Shown here one piece after another: positions 49,819 through 62,215 of a DNA stretch of 64,000 nt. The notes beneath the pieces are model-generated. The model was given only the letters and a program-made list of their open reading frames with translations. It made no database searches and had not been told where the DNA came from. The stretch comes from Macrostomum hystrix. Its lineage: Eukaryota > Animalia > Platyhelminthes. Location of the stretch: positions 6,634,001 through 6,698,000 of the forward strand of contig CATNEN010000039.1 in assembly GCA_950097015.1 (NCBI GenBank). Direction: 5' to 3'. The position numbers were made by a program, and so were the translations under genes. How positions within the stretch are numbered: position 1 is the first letter of the stretch; every line of letters starts with the position of its first letter.

Positions 49819-52257
49819 CGCAACCAAAGTGGGACCAGTTTGGCCCAGAACACAAACAATTACTTTAAGCTGAGATCAGATTGGCATTGATGTTAGCTAA
49901 TTGATTTTTGTTAAAAAAACCTATTAGTGTAAATAAAGCCTTTATTTAACATAGCTATCATTCTTGGTTTGCTTATATTAGTTTTTATATTTGTTGTGCA
50001 TTGTTTTTTCAACAGCTATTATTGTAAATAAGTATCTAGCTTGAAATTCATGAAATATTGCTAACTGATTTTTATTATAATTGTTGCAATATAGCTGAAT
50101 ATATTTAAGGAAGTCGAGTGAAAAGTTAATACTCCAAATTTTATATTTAAAAAGTAAATACTTTATTCTGAAAATAGAGTCAGCTAAGTTTAACATAAAT
50201 TCACAGTTTTTAAAGTGTTCAAGTAATAAAATTAAATACTTGTTTATTCAATTAAATTAAATGCTCTATACTGGACTGATTAAACTTTTAAAACACTTTG
50301 CGATCTTCATATGTCAAATTTCTTACATACAAATTTAAGGAGCTAAATTTAAATTTTTAATTTAAAACAGAGCCAAATAACAGGAGCGAAATTCAGGAAC
50401 AAAAAAGTTAAGACAAATTTAAGCTAGGTATGCAAAAAAGCAATTCTGAAATATACCATATAATAAAATTCAAAGCAAAAAACATAGAAAGGGTCAGATC
50501 TTTGCACCTACTGTAGTTAACTAAATATTTTAACCCTAGAAAATTAATTTTTTGTGTTGTGATTGCGCTACTTGTGCATAAAAATCTAGCCAATTGAAAT
50601 CCAACAGACCTTTGTTGAAAAAGAAATATTATATATTTAACATATTTTACGCTTTTAATATATAACAAAAATGTAATTTTAAGCCTAACACATTATCTAA
50701 GTTCGGATAATGAATTCCTGCTAAGACATGAAATTGAATTGAGTCACTCTTTGCAGCATTAAAAAAATATGTATATTAAGTCTATTAAAACTTTTAAAAA
50801 GAAATATCATCTTCTGGTAGAAGCTGCTAATTTGTCATGTAGCATGAACTATAGTTTTATCTTGTTATGTTTGTTTTTTATGAATATTTCTTTCGGCTTT
50901 TTACAGCTAAAGAAGATAGTGCGATTACGATTACTTAATTGATAAAAATTATTTCTTAATTAAAACACTAAGAACTTATTTAAGAAAATTCGGTAATACC
51001 TGTTATGATAAAAAATCTGAAAATTACTTCAATAACTTAATTGTATGAGACGTAAAGGATGGGTACAACATCAGCGCAAAGTCCCTAAGTTTACACGAGC
51101 ACTCACTGTCACTCTTCCGCTTAGCCTTCTCTAGCCTTCGCAGATGCAGACATCGCCTTCTAAACAAGCAGGCCCCAGTCCTTGAAGCAGCTCAACGCAA
51201 CCTCAGGACCGCACTTTCCATATATCAGCAGACAGAATCGATCCTATTTAAAGCTTCAAAACAACCGAAGTTGTTGCACATCGGCTGTTATTATACTCCC
51301 ATCGATGAGTGCGCACACACAATAGGTATAGCAACGACCCTGACTATATTATCTTCTGGTAGTTTAAACACAAGCAAGGACTACTAAAGTAGCTTTTGGT
51401 ACTTGTTTACACTCTGTGCTTAGGAGTTTTGCCCTAAATGGCTTACATATCAACAACCCACAGCTTGACACTGGCGATGTCATACTAATATAATGATTTA
51501 ATAATTTTCAGCCTACGTCGACTAAGCAGCTAGAATACTGTTGCATGTACACAACAAATGCCTTTAAAGCTCCAGCTTAATGTATGCTGCAAATGTTCAA
51601 TGTTCCGAAATTCTGTAAAAAAATCACGGGCCTAAATATTTTCCTTGAAAAATCGTAGCTATTGTTGTGACGCACCCTTCATCCCCGCACTATCATTTTT
51701 TCCCCTCTTTCTCGTTCCCTAGCTGCCCCGCCGGTCGGCTAGCATGCCCCATCCAATTTATTTATCGATCGTCTTACCTGTCATCAGACTGTTTTACTAT
51801 ACTAGGGCAAATAAACTCGACCGGCCACCATTGCATCATCCGAGACGCTCTGAGTCTATTGTTTCTCTCTGTCATGGGTAGTCGCAGCTCTTACCCAACC
51901 CAACCTACCTGCACATGCAGGTGACTCACAACAATATCTAGTATTAAAGGAAGTTTGGAAGTCATGTATCAACTTCGTCGGCTGCATAATAATGATTAAA
52001 AAATATAATATGATCAACTTTACTCATAATTCACACAGCACTTTAACTATACTTTATGCACGATAAAATAGGACTCAAAACATTAGTTCCGAGGCAATTA
52101 AATGACTGGTCAGATTTCGTCGGCGCAGTGGAAAAGTTTCTGCATTTGCTATCGACGTCGTTGACGTCGAGAAAGTCAGCCGACGCAGCATTTTTGTACG
52201 GGGAAGCGAATGACGATGGTAGCGAAGCAGTTTCTGGTGCATTCCGGTCTGTCCTGG

Positions 52258-52690
52258 TCAGTTTGCTGCTGCTTTTTCCTGACGATCCCTTTCTTGCTTT
52301 TCCTTCTCTTTTCTGCCTGGAAACAAAAAATATTGGTCAAGAATATTAGGAGCATTTAATTTTAAAGGCTTGATAAAATCACTTGTGATTTCTTCTCATT
52401 GTTTTCCAATAGTCCATTACTCTTCACTAACTTGGTCATATTTATATAATGACCCTTCACTAGCCAGGTCATGCATCTGTGACCTAGGGTCATCCTTCAA
52501 CTCTCCTGCCGGCCTCACCAGCTTCAATCTTGGCCAGCAGCTCAGGGTTGGTGATAAGAGCAGACGGTGTGGGCTGAATCAGCTGCTGGCCCGTGGCTCC
52601 AATCATCCTTCTCAGCTCCGCCTTGGACTCCTCCGATTCGCCCTTCAGGTAGAAATCTTGAAACGGGTCTCGCTTCTGCTTCTGAGCCAT
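52258..52690 (-). CDS. 76-aa microprotein, divergent paralogue of the KGESEESK family
   Basis: Exons 52690-52519 and 52316-52258, phase-1 intron at the same position as the + strand copies. MAQKQKRDPFQDFYLKGESEESKAELRRMIG..ITNPELLAKIEAGRKEKEKQERDRQEKAAAN. Confidence 0.8.
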
Positions 52691-53372
52691 GGCTTTGCTG
52701 TACCAGGGTTGACTGTGCTGATCTCACTGCGTGAAGTTCTGTTTCAGCTATACTAAATTCACAAATAACAGGCACTACCCGCTAGCAATCTAGGATTTGA
52801 ACGCAGTTTTTAGAACCAATGCCACTGCCTAGTTCGCATGGCACTGCGAGTACCGCCATTACTGGGTTGTACTCTCTGTTTGATCATAGTTGAGTAATAT
52901 GTATTTAATTTTCTACTTCAATTTTGCACTTTAGTTTACTCATAAGTTACACTTTATGCATTGTTAGTTATCCTTATAGAAAACATTGTGGCCCTGTTCT
53001 CGTAGGAAATGTTTTTAACGATTTCGTCGCTATCAGAAAGGATTTGTATTCCTATCATAGTACTGCCGTGTGGCTATTTTTAGAATTCACAACTCATAGT
53101 TGCACGGGTGTGCTACAAGGCTCTGGTCTAAATTTAGAACAACAGCAAATCGTCAGTGCTTTATTAAGTAAGGTATTACCTTGTTACACTTGTTACCTTG
53201 TTACACGCTATTTCCCTTTCAAATTTCCGGTTGTCTACTTCAAGATAGCTCCCAAACCGAATGACCGATTTTCGTGAAAGTCCACCACCATGTTCTAGTC
53301 AGCAACGTTTTCAGTGCGCTGTGCGCACTCGTGCATCGACCATTTAAGCACGCAAAATCGATGTATGAGTTG

Positions 53373-55430
53373 CATTGTATTACGTTGGCTTACTACTTTA
53401 GATGGCGCGTTAGATGCACGCTCAGTTAGACTTTGTCTTAACCATAGACAAAATGCGTGAAAGGCACGCAAGTTGATTGAGTGTTGCGAAGAAGGGAATA
53501 AGAAGCTGTTATATTAAAATCACTTGTGAGAGAATATGGCTGAGCCACCAACTAAAGTCAGACTTCTGAATCTGAGCAAATTTCCGAACAAAATGATTTC
53601 CGGCTTGTCCACCAATGAGATTGACGACATCCTGAACGAGCCTGATAATCTACCGGAGTCGGCGATTGATCGAGAAGAGGAGGATCTTCTGGAGGCACTT
53701 TTCAAGAAGATACCTGACGAAGAAGCTGAACTACTTGAATTGGAACAGCTCGTTTCCGAAATCGAGGACACCGCTGCTAGTAAGAGTGTGACAAAGGCTA
53801 CCGAATATTATGTCGGTAAGTTGCAGAGCTTCATGGAGAACCATCCGTCAGTTCAGCGTGATTTGGCGACTTCTACACCGCGCGAGATCGATAGTCTATT
53901 GCGATACTTCTATGGCTCACTTCGCAAGAGGAATGGCGAATACTTTGCTCCAGCCACGTTGATTTGCATCCGAGCTGCGCTCTACCGGCATTTCATGTCG
54001 ACAAGGCGAATCAATATTCTAACTGACGACGCATTCTATGCTTCCAATACGACACTGAAGTCAATGGGCAGAATCTTCATTGCCCGAGGCGGACGCGCCC
54101 GACACTTCCAATCGATCGAGCCTGTTGATCTGAAGAGGCTGTCTGACTACTTCGATCGGAAATCTCCAGAGGTGCTACTTCATGAAGTGTACTACAACAT
54201 TATGTTCTACTTTGGAAACAGAGGTCGCGAGTGGATCCGTTCACTGAGCGATGATTCCTTTCGATTCGAGACGGATTCCGATGGGATTGAAGTGGTGCGC
54301 TTTGTTGCTGGAACAGTAAAGAATGTTGGGAAAGAACTCTCCAGGAACTCGTGTGACGATGTCAAGCAAGCTGTTATGAGTGCGTTGCCAGACAGAAGCC
54401 GCTGCCCTGTGGAAGCTATGAAGCTCTATTTAGCTCAGCGTGAGCAATCCATTCCATCAAGCAGTTCGGAGACGGTGAAAAGATATCCTTTCTTCTTACT
54501 GCCGAAAAAGACTGGTTGGGCAAATGGAGCATGGTACTGCCCGAACAAGGCAATTGGTGTGAATCCCTTGGGCCAGCTGATGACCGTCATTTCAAAGAAG
54601 GCGAATTTATCAAAGTCATACACTGCGTACTGCATTCGATCCACGGTAATAAAGGAGCTATCTAACGCAGGTTACAGCGCGTCTGATATCTGCAAAGTCA
54701 CTGGCCATAAGCAGACGCGAACTGTAAAACGCTACTTACGCTTTGGCTCCAGAAGGGACGGCGAAATGCGAGACATGTCGGTCAGCTTGGCTTCTGCACT
54801 ACACAAGGATGATTCCATGCAAGACGTGATTATGAAAGACTCTTCTACCGTCATGAGCCAGTCACTGATTATTTCTGACACCTCGGACGTTGCTGGTGGG
54901 ACGCCAAGTGATGACGCCAAGAAGAAGCCAACTGTGGTTTACAACTTCTACAACACTGTCAACAACTGCACGTTCAATTCTTAGAGTGAGTAATAGCAAT
55001 GAACTTTTCCCATACTGAACTTCCAAATGCAGAACGCCTTCATCTTCATTCGCTTTCCCTGTCTGTGCACCTGCTAACCGTTCCTGTTACTGTAACTGTA
55101 ATCGGGATTTACAAAAGCCTGTGTAGGGACCGAAAGGACGGGGGGTCCACGATGTGAATACACAATAAGCGATGTAAAGCATTTTCGATGACTTAAAATG
55201 GAAATCACTTGGGTCAGGCGTCTACACATTCTAGCTTGTTTACACAATTCCCTGTTGTTCGTTCGTTGTACTTGTAGCAGAAGTATACTTATTAAAATAT
55301 ACTCACTTTCCGTGCATTACACGCATTAGACGCACGCTTGTTGTTTTTACTCAGATAGAAAATTGCCATAGACAACTACATTAGACGCACAGTAAATCGT
55401 GCATCTAACACGCGCCAGCGTGATACAATG
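53373..55430 (+). mobile_element. Crypton-type tyrosine-recombinase element (approximate ends)
   Basis: Single YR ORF flanked by three inverted-repeat pairs and a direct repeat ccatagaca (53442 and 55366). Confidence 0.65.
53536..54984 (+). CDS. Intronless DUF3504/Crypton-like tyrosine recombinase (482 aa)
   Basis: LRKRNGEYFAPATL, YFGNRGRE, RCPVEAMKLYL, WYCPNKAIGVN, YTAYCIRST, VTGHK..TVKRY: the pattern of the Crypton/KCTD1/ZMYM-related DUF3504 family. Confidence 0.9.
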   Translation: MAEPPTKVRLLNLSKFPNKMISGLSTNEIDDILNEPDNLPESAIDREEEDLLEALFKKIPDEEAELLELEQLVSEIEDTAASKSVTKATEYYVGKLQSFMENHPSVQRDLATSTPREIDSLLRYFYGSLRKRNGEYFAPATLICIRAALYRHFMSTRRINILTDDAFYASNTTLKSMGRIFIARGGRARHFQSIEPVDLKRLSDYFDRKSPEVLLHEVYYNIMFYFGNRGREWIRSLSDDSFRFETDSDGIEVVRFVAGTVKNVGKELSRNSCDDVKQAVMSALPDRSRCPVEAMKLYLAQREQSIPSSSSETVKRYPFFLLPKKTGWANGAWYCPNKAIGVNPLGQLMTVISKKANLSKSYTAYCIRSTVIKELSNAGYSASDICKVTGHKQTRTVKRYLRFGSRRDGEMRDMSVSLASALHKDDSMQDVIMKDSSTVMSQSLIISDTSDVAGGTPSDDAKKKPTVVYNFYNTVNNCTFNS

Positions 55431-55879
55431 ATAACAACTACTCGAAGATTATATTATTTCTAACGCATCAAGAGTTGATCAAGAGTTGTGCCTTAACCAC
55501 AGACGGTAGAATAACTATTTGTGGCCTTGGCTATTTTGTTGTTTCTTCTTGGACAATATTCAAAATAAGTTACGCGGAATATCCCGGTATTTCCCGTGAG
55601 CTAATTTTAGCCATGATGCAAAAATTTTATCAGTATTTACTAGATGAATGAACTAGGTAGTACCAGCTGTCATATTTTGAGCAGTGACGTGTAAGAACCG
55701 GCTAATACTTACCTAGTAAGGCTCATGTTGATTTGTTCATTGTCAACGAGCAAAGCAAAATGATAAAATTTATAAATTTATGAATATGCGTTTCCCTAAT
55801 AAACTTTGTAATTAAAAAGTAATTTAAAAAACTTAAAAAATAAGTTTAGTAGGAAATCTGGACATCAGAAAATTCATGA

Positions 55880-56338
55880 GGTACCAGAGTGGCATGGGTG
55901 AGTTCATGATCTACGAGAGTGACATGGGACAGTTCACGATCTACGAGAGTGACATGGGACAGTTCACGATCTACGAGAGTGACATGGGACAGTTCATGAT
56001 CTCCGAGAGTGACATGGGACAGTTCACGATCTACGAGAGTGACATGGGACAGTTCACGATCTACGAGAGTGACATGGGACAGTTCACGATCTACGAGAGT
56101 GACATGGGACAGTTCATGATCTACGAGAGTGACATGGGACAGTTCACGATCTACGAGAGTGACATGGGACAGTTCATGATCTACGAGAGTGACATGGGAC
56201 AGTTCACGATCTACGAGAGTGACATGGGACAGTTTATGATCTACCAGAGTGACATGGGACAGTTTATGATCTACCAGAGTGACATGGGACAGTTTATGAT
56301 CTACCAGAGTGACATGGGACAGTTCATGATCTACCAGA
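55880..56338. repeat. 30-bp minisatellite (gacatgggacagttcaygatctacgagagt)
   Basis: About 15 units. Confidence 0.95.
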
Positions 56339-56624
56339 AAGACAACGATTTTCATAAACTGACAGAGTGAAAGTGTAATTTTAAACGCTCGTAAGTCACC
56401 CTTATAGACGTTTCGCTGGAAGTGAACAAAGTCGTGCATTGTTCAATCAAGAAATGGCTATATCTAAATAACTCAACTAAAACTGCAATGAACTACACAT
56501 TTTTTAAACCGAAACTCCTCGGCGCAATTGCTAAATTTATCCACTAGGTACTACATTAACTGCACGCCTGGCAAAGAAACACATGAGTACTTACTCGGCA
56601 GTACCCTGTAGGAGTGGCGTCAAT

Positions 56625-56656
56625 CTATTTTTAGACCACTGAATAAGCTTATAAAT
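56625..56656 (+). promoter_or_regulatory. MEF2-consensus site + TATA box of microprotein copy A
   Basis: ctatttttag at 56625-56634; tataaat at 56650-56656. Confidence 0.5.
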
Positions 56657-56756
56657 GCACCCCAAGCTGCGACGGCATCCAGTCAAAAGCAGCGAAAATC
56701 AAAAGCCGAATTTGCTATCCCAAAACTAGGCGACCACAGTGAAATATCAGCCAGCA

Positions 56757-57087
56757 ATGTCCAGCCAGCAGGTCAGCAGCGCCCAGTCGGCGGCCAAGGA
56801 CCCGTTCAGATTCTTCTACTACAAGGGCGAGAGCGAGGAGTCGAAGGCGATGCTCAGGCGAATGGTGGGCGCCTCGGCCAGGGTTCTGGTACAGCCCAGC
56901 ATCTCCTGCGTCATCACCAACCCGGAGCTCATGCGCAAGATCAGAGGTCAGTGAACATCTCGAAGTGAAGCCACTCGCCATAAAATACTGAGAATTTCTT
57001 TGTTGCGCAAAAGTCATTCTAATTTGCTTCTTTTCTATTTCAGATTCCGACAAGGGACAAACGAACTCATTTGCTCAAGATGATTGA
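56757..57087 (+). CDS. 77-aa microprotein, copy A
   Basis: Exons 56757-56946 and 57044-57087. MSSQQVSSAQSAAKDPFRFFYYKGESEESKAMLRRMVG..ITNPELMRKIRDSDKGQTNSFAQDD; aataaa downstream. Confidence 0.8.
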
Positions 57088-57492
57088 ACAGCGAGTTGTT
57101 AAACATTTTGACATGTGATTTGTAAATAACTCTTGTCCATCAGATGCTTGTGTCCAGCTAGCCAACTGCATACTATTTTGTTTGTTTTGCTTAAATAAAA
57201 TAATATATTATTATTAGCTAATTACTTACTGCCTTTCCCTGACATGAAAGCTGAAATTCAACCAAGTTTGATTATTTCAATACTTCTTCAATGCAAAGAT
57301 AGTGCAATAGCAAGCTCAACTTCTATGACATTGCCATATTAACTAGCGAACAGCGCTATTACAGGACTCTGCCATAGACAGGAGAATTATTGCACTATCG
57401 ACAAGCACTATTGCACTCCGACCGTTAATTGTCTATGGTAAAATCTCCATTTTAACTCACTTATCGGTTATACTATATGACAATGGTTTTTG

Positions 57493-57949
57493 CCAAGGAC
57501 AGCTTGATAACTCAGGACGGGAAACGAGCCAATTCATGGCGAAAAAAGTATGAGGCTCGTTTAAAAGCATTGTTCTATGGCCCATCCAAAGCTACGAATT
57601 TCGAGCAACCATTCACCGTTCAGACGTCATCTGTTTGCAGTTCAGATTGAGAAAGAATCGTAAAATTTTTCTCGAGTTTCCTTATACATGTGCTGCATGT
57701 ACAGCTTTCCCATTGTGTATTTTCACGACGTTTACTTTATGTAATAAAACTATTCAACATCTAAGAAAACCGACCCTTCACCCGCGTTCTGACTGCCTAT
57801 TAAAAAGTCAAATATGATACGAGAATACATTGGCAACTGAAAGCATGCGCATAAGGATGGGCCATAGAACAATGCTTTTAAACGAGCCTCATACCCTTTT
57901 CACCATGAATTGGCTCGTTTCCGGTCCTGGGTTATCAAGTTGTCCCTGG
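57493..57949. mobile_element. MITE-like element with ~95-bp inverted arms
   Basis: 57493-57586 is a near reverse complement of 57855-57949. Only the left arm is present in the duplicate at ~62621-62727. Confidence 0.75.
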
Positions 57950-58099
57950 AATTTTCATGCTAAGTGAGACTTTTTTCTAGAAATCTGAGACTGAATAGCG
58001 AAAATGCTTTATAGTCTATGGCCAACCCTCACTTAAGCCTATCATTTTAGGCACGCCAAGTAAGCAAAGTGAGAATTTTTTCAAGCTAAGTAGTTCCAT

Positions 58100-58230
58100 G
58101 CTGCTGGAGTGACTAGACACAAGACAGCTGCTGGAGTGACTAGACACAAGACAGCTGCTGGAGTGACTAGACACAAGACAGCTGCTGGAGTGACTAGACA
58201 CAGGACTGCTCCAGGAGTGACTAGACACAT
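58100..58230. repeat. 27-bp minisatellite (ctgctggagtgactagacacaagacag)
   Basis: About 5 units; shares ggagtgactaga with the 19-bp array at 59243. Confidence 0.85.
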
Positions 58231-58434
58231 GCGCGGCTTATATGCGGCTTAAACGAGTGGATATGTTGCATTTTTTAGTTAAAGGAATAAACTATATGCT
58301 TGTATTTTTCTAATTACGCCCGAAATAAGAAGTTTCCGCATTTCTAAATCTGTTACACGGTACTAGTTCAATCTGATAAGGTAGTACCGGATTCTCCACT
58401 GTCAGGCAGTGCCTGCCGTACACTCACTAATAGG

Positions 58435-58492
58435 CTATTTTTAGACATTGCGCAGTACATAAAAAATGTACAGTGTTTAAGAGCTTATAAAT
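58435..58492 (+). promoter_or_regulatory. MEF2-consensus site + TATA box of microprotein copy B
   Basis: ctatttttag at 58435-58444; tataaat at 58486-58492. Confidence 0.5.
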
Positions 58493-58563
58493 AAAGGCGT
58501 CGACTAGGCCATAGTAGCCTCAACAGCAACAGCAGCAGCAGCAGCAGCAGCTAGAAGCCAGCA

Positions 58564-58893
58564 ATGTCCAGCCAGCAGGTCAGCAGCGCCCAGTCGGCGG
58601 CCAAGGACCCGTTCAGATTCTTCTACTACAAGGGCGAGAGCGAGGAGTCGAAGGCGATGCTCAGGCGAATGGTGGGCGCCTCGGCCAGGGTTCTGGTACA
58701 GCCCAGCATCTCCTGCGTCATCACCAACCCGGAGCTCATGCGCAAGATCAGAGGTCAGTGAACATCTCGCAGTGAAGCCACTCGACAAAAAAACTGAGAA
58801 TTTCTATGTTGCGCAAAAGTCATTCTAATTTGCTTCTTTTCTATTTCAGATTCCGACAAGGGACAAACGAACTCATTTGCTCAAGATGATTGA
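58564..58893 (+). CDS. 77-aa microprotein, copy B
   Basis: Exons 58564-58753 and 58850-58893; same protein as copy A. Confidence 0.8.
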
Positions 58894-59242
58894 ACAGCGA
58901 GTCGTTAACAAATTTGACATGTGATATGTAAATAACTCTTATCAGATCCGTTTTAACATTTCATGCATGTCCATTACATGTAGAAGCTTGTGTCCTGCTA
59001 GACAATTGCATACAATTTTGTTTGTTTTGCTAAAATAAAATGTTAAATGTTAAGCCAATCGACTCTAAACAATGCTCAAATACCTTAAAAATCAATTCAA
59101 TTTCTTTCTTTCACCTAACGCCCTTGATTTCAACGTTGTAATAAGTAATGTACTTTTAAAAAAGTTATAAATGCAAACCAACATGAAACACAAGATTAGA
59201 CTCAATAAGTTTAAAATTATTTTTTCATTTATTTCAAACCCT

Positions 59243-61000
59243 GATGAGACAGGAGTGACTAGATGAGACAGGAGTGGCTAGATGAGACAGGAGTGACGAG
59301 ATGAGACAGGAGTGGCTAGATGAGACAGGAGTGACTAGATGAGACAGGAGTGGCTAGATGAGACATGAGTGGCTAGATGAGACAGGAGTGACTAGATGAG
59401 ACAGGAGTGACTAGATGAGACAGGAGTGACTAGATGAGACAGGAGTGACTAGATGAGACAGGAGTGACTAGATGAGACAGGAGTGACTAGATGAGACAGG
59501 AGTGACTAGATGAGACAGGAGTGACTAGATGAGACAGGAGTGACTAGATGAGACAGGAGTGGCTAGATGAGACAGGAGTGACTAGATGAGACAGGAGTGA
59601 CTAGATGAGACAGGAGTGACTAGATGAGACAGGAGTGGCTAGATGAGACAGGAGTGACTAGATGAGACAGGAGTGACTAGATGAGACAGGAGTGACTAGA
59701 TGAGACAGGAGTGACTAGATGAGACAGGAGTGACTAGATGAGACAGGAGTGACTAGATGAGACAGGAGTGGCTAGATGAGACAGGAGTGACTAGATGAGA
59801 CAGGAGTGACTAGATGAGACAGGAGTGACTAGATGAGACAGGAGTGACTAGATGAGACAGGAGTGACTAGATGAGACAGGAGTGACTAGATGAGACAGGA
59901 GTGGCTAGATGAGACAGGAGTGACTAGATGAGACAGGAGTGACTAGATGAGACAGGAGTGACTAGATGAGACAGGAGTGACTAGATGAGACAGGAGTGAC
60001 TAGATGAGACAGGAGTGGCTAGATGAGACATGAGTGGCTAGATGAGACAGGAGTGACTAGATGAGACAGGAGTGACTAGATGAGACAGGAGTGACTAGAT
60101 GAGACAGGAGTGACTAGATGAGACAGGAGTGACTAGATGAGACAGGAGTGACTAGATGAGACAGGAGTGACTAGATGAGACAGGAGTGACTAGATGAGAC
60201 AGGAGTGACTAGATGAGACAGGAGTGGCTAGATGAGACAGGAGTGACTAGATGAGACAGGAGTGACTAGATGAGACAGGAGTGACTAGATGAGACAGGAG
60301 TGGCTAGATGAGACAGGAGTGACTAGATGAGACAGGAGTGACTAGATGAGACAGGAGTGACTAGATGAGACAGGAGTGACTAGATGAGACAGGAGTGACT
60401 AGATGAGACAGGAGTGACTAGATGAGACAGGAGTGGCTAGATGAGACAGGAGTGACTAGATGAGACAGAAGTGACTAGATGAGACAGGAGTGACTAGATG
60501 AGACAGGAGTGACTAGATGAGACAGGAGTGACTAGATGAGACAGGAGTGACTAGATGAGACAGGAGTGACTAGATGAGACAGGAGTGACTAGATGAGACA
60601 GGAGTGACTAGATGAGACAGGAGTGACTAGATGAGACAGGAGTGACTAGATGAGACAGGAGTGACTAGATGAGACAGGAGTGACTAGATGAGACAGGAGT
60701 GACTAGATGAGACAGGAGTGACTAGATGAGACAGGAGTGACTAGATGAGACAGGAGTGACTAGATGAGACAGGAGTGACTAGATGAGACAGGAGTGGCTA
60801 GATGAGACAGGAGTGACTAGATGAGACAGGAGTGGCTAGATGAGACAGGAGTGACTAGATGAGACAGGAGTGGCTAGATGAGACAGGAGTGGCTAGATGA
60901 GACAGGAGTGACTAGATGAGACAGGAGTGACTAGATGAGACAGGAGTGGCTAGATGAGACAGGAGTGACTAGATGAGACAGGAGTGACTAGATGAGATGA
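59243..61000. repeat. 19-bp minisatellite (gatgagacaggagtgacta)
   Basis: About 92 highly homogeneous units. Confidence 0.97.
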
Positions 61001-61824
61001 GGACAGGATATCAGACAGGTTAAGGAGAATGTGTGATGAGTTCATCCGTCAGTGGGCTTGGGACTGTGTTGAATCACTGTATGCATTTGTGGCTTGGCTT
61101 ATTTTGCAGCGAAATGTGGCTCGGCAATTGTGCCAAATAAAAAAGTCTGTCTGTTTGATATAAGTCACTAGCATGCAAACTAGTGACTGATATTAGTTAC
61201 AATCTATAGTTTTGTTTATTTATGTCTCATGTGTAAATGTTTTAATGAATAGCTATTAGCAAGAGTGATATGAGTGATATAGCTATGAGCGATACTTATC
61301 TGCAAAACCTAGTGAAGATTGGAAACACAAATTAATTGTAAGTGTCAATTTCGGTTACAGCGACAAATCTTTTCAGCTTATTCGGGGTTCAGTTTTTTGC
61401 ATTTAAAGGCTTGAAACTTTTTGTTAATGGTCCCAGATGAGAGAGGAAATGGCACAGGCAATGGGCAGATTCTCAAAGCAACAATTGCCCAATAGAAAAA
61501 TATCAAGTCTTTTCCCCGAAAACTCGCCGAGCAATGTCTTTGAGTTTCCATTTTTAGAATATTTCGCTTTCGTTTAATTTTAGGTACGGCTAAAAATAGA
61601 CAATTGCGGCTCGAGTGGGCTGCACAGAAGGCATGGACATTTAGTGCACGTTGGCCAGCAAACAATGAAATGTGCGCTCGCTGCCCCAGAAACAGACGTG
61701 CCGCTGCCGGCTCTTCCACAGTTCATCCAAGAGCTCCTTCACATGGATAACCCATGACATGCAGCCTATATCAGCTGTGCCATTCTTTGTGATGGACTCT
61801 CAGGCAGACTCAGGCAGAGACTCA

Positions 61825-61867
<43 letters not shown>

Positions 61868-61884
61868 GCAGCTAGAAGCCAGCA

Positions 61885-62215
61885 ATGTCCAGCCAGCAGG
61901 TCAGCAGCACCCAGTCGGCGGCCAAGGACCCGTTCAGATTCTTCTACTACAAGGGCGAGAGCGAGGAGTCGAAGGCGATGCTCAGGCGAATGGTGGGCGC
62001 CTCGGCCAGGGTTCTGGTACAGCCCAGCATCTCCTGCGTCATCACCAACCCGGAGCTCATGCGCAAGATCAGAGGTCAGTGAACATCTCGCAGTGAAGCC
62101 ACTCGCCATAAAATACTGAGAATTTCTTTGTTGCGCAATAGTAATTCTAATTTGCTTCTTTTCTATTACAGATTCCGACAAGGGACAAACGAACTCATTT
62201 GCTCAAGATGATTGA
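61885..62215 (+). CDS. 77-aa microprotein, copy C
   Basis: Exons 61885-62074 and 62172-62215; one Ala-to-Thr change. ctaaaaatag at 61590-61599. Confidence 0.8.

Noticed and set aside
59243-61000. CRISPR-like array (also considered for the other arrays)
   Set aside because: Contiguous repeats with no unique spacers, no cas genes, and a eukaryotic context.
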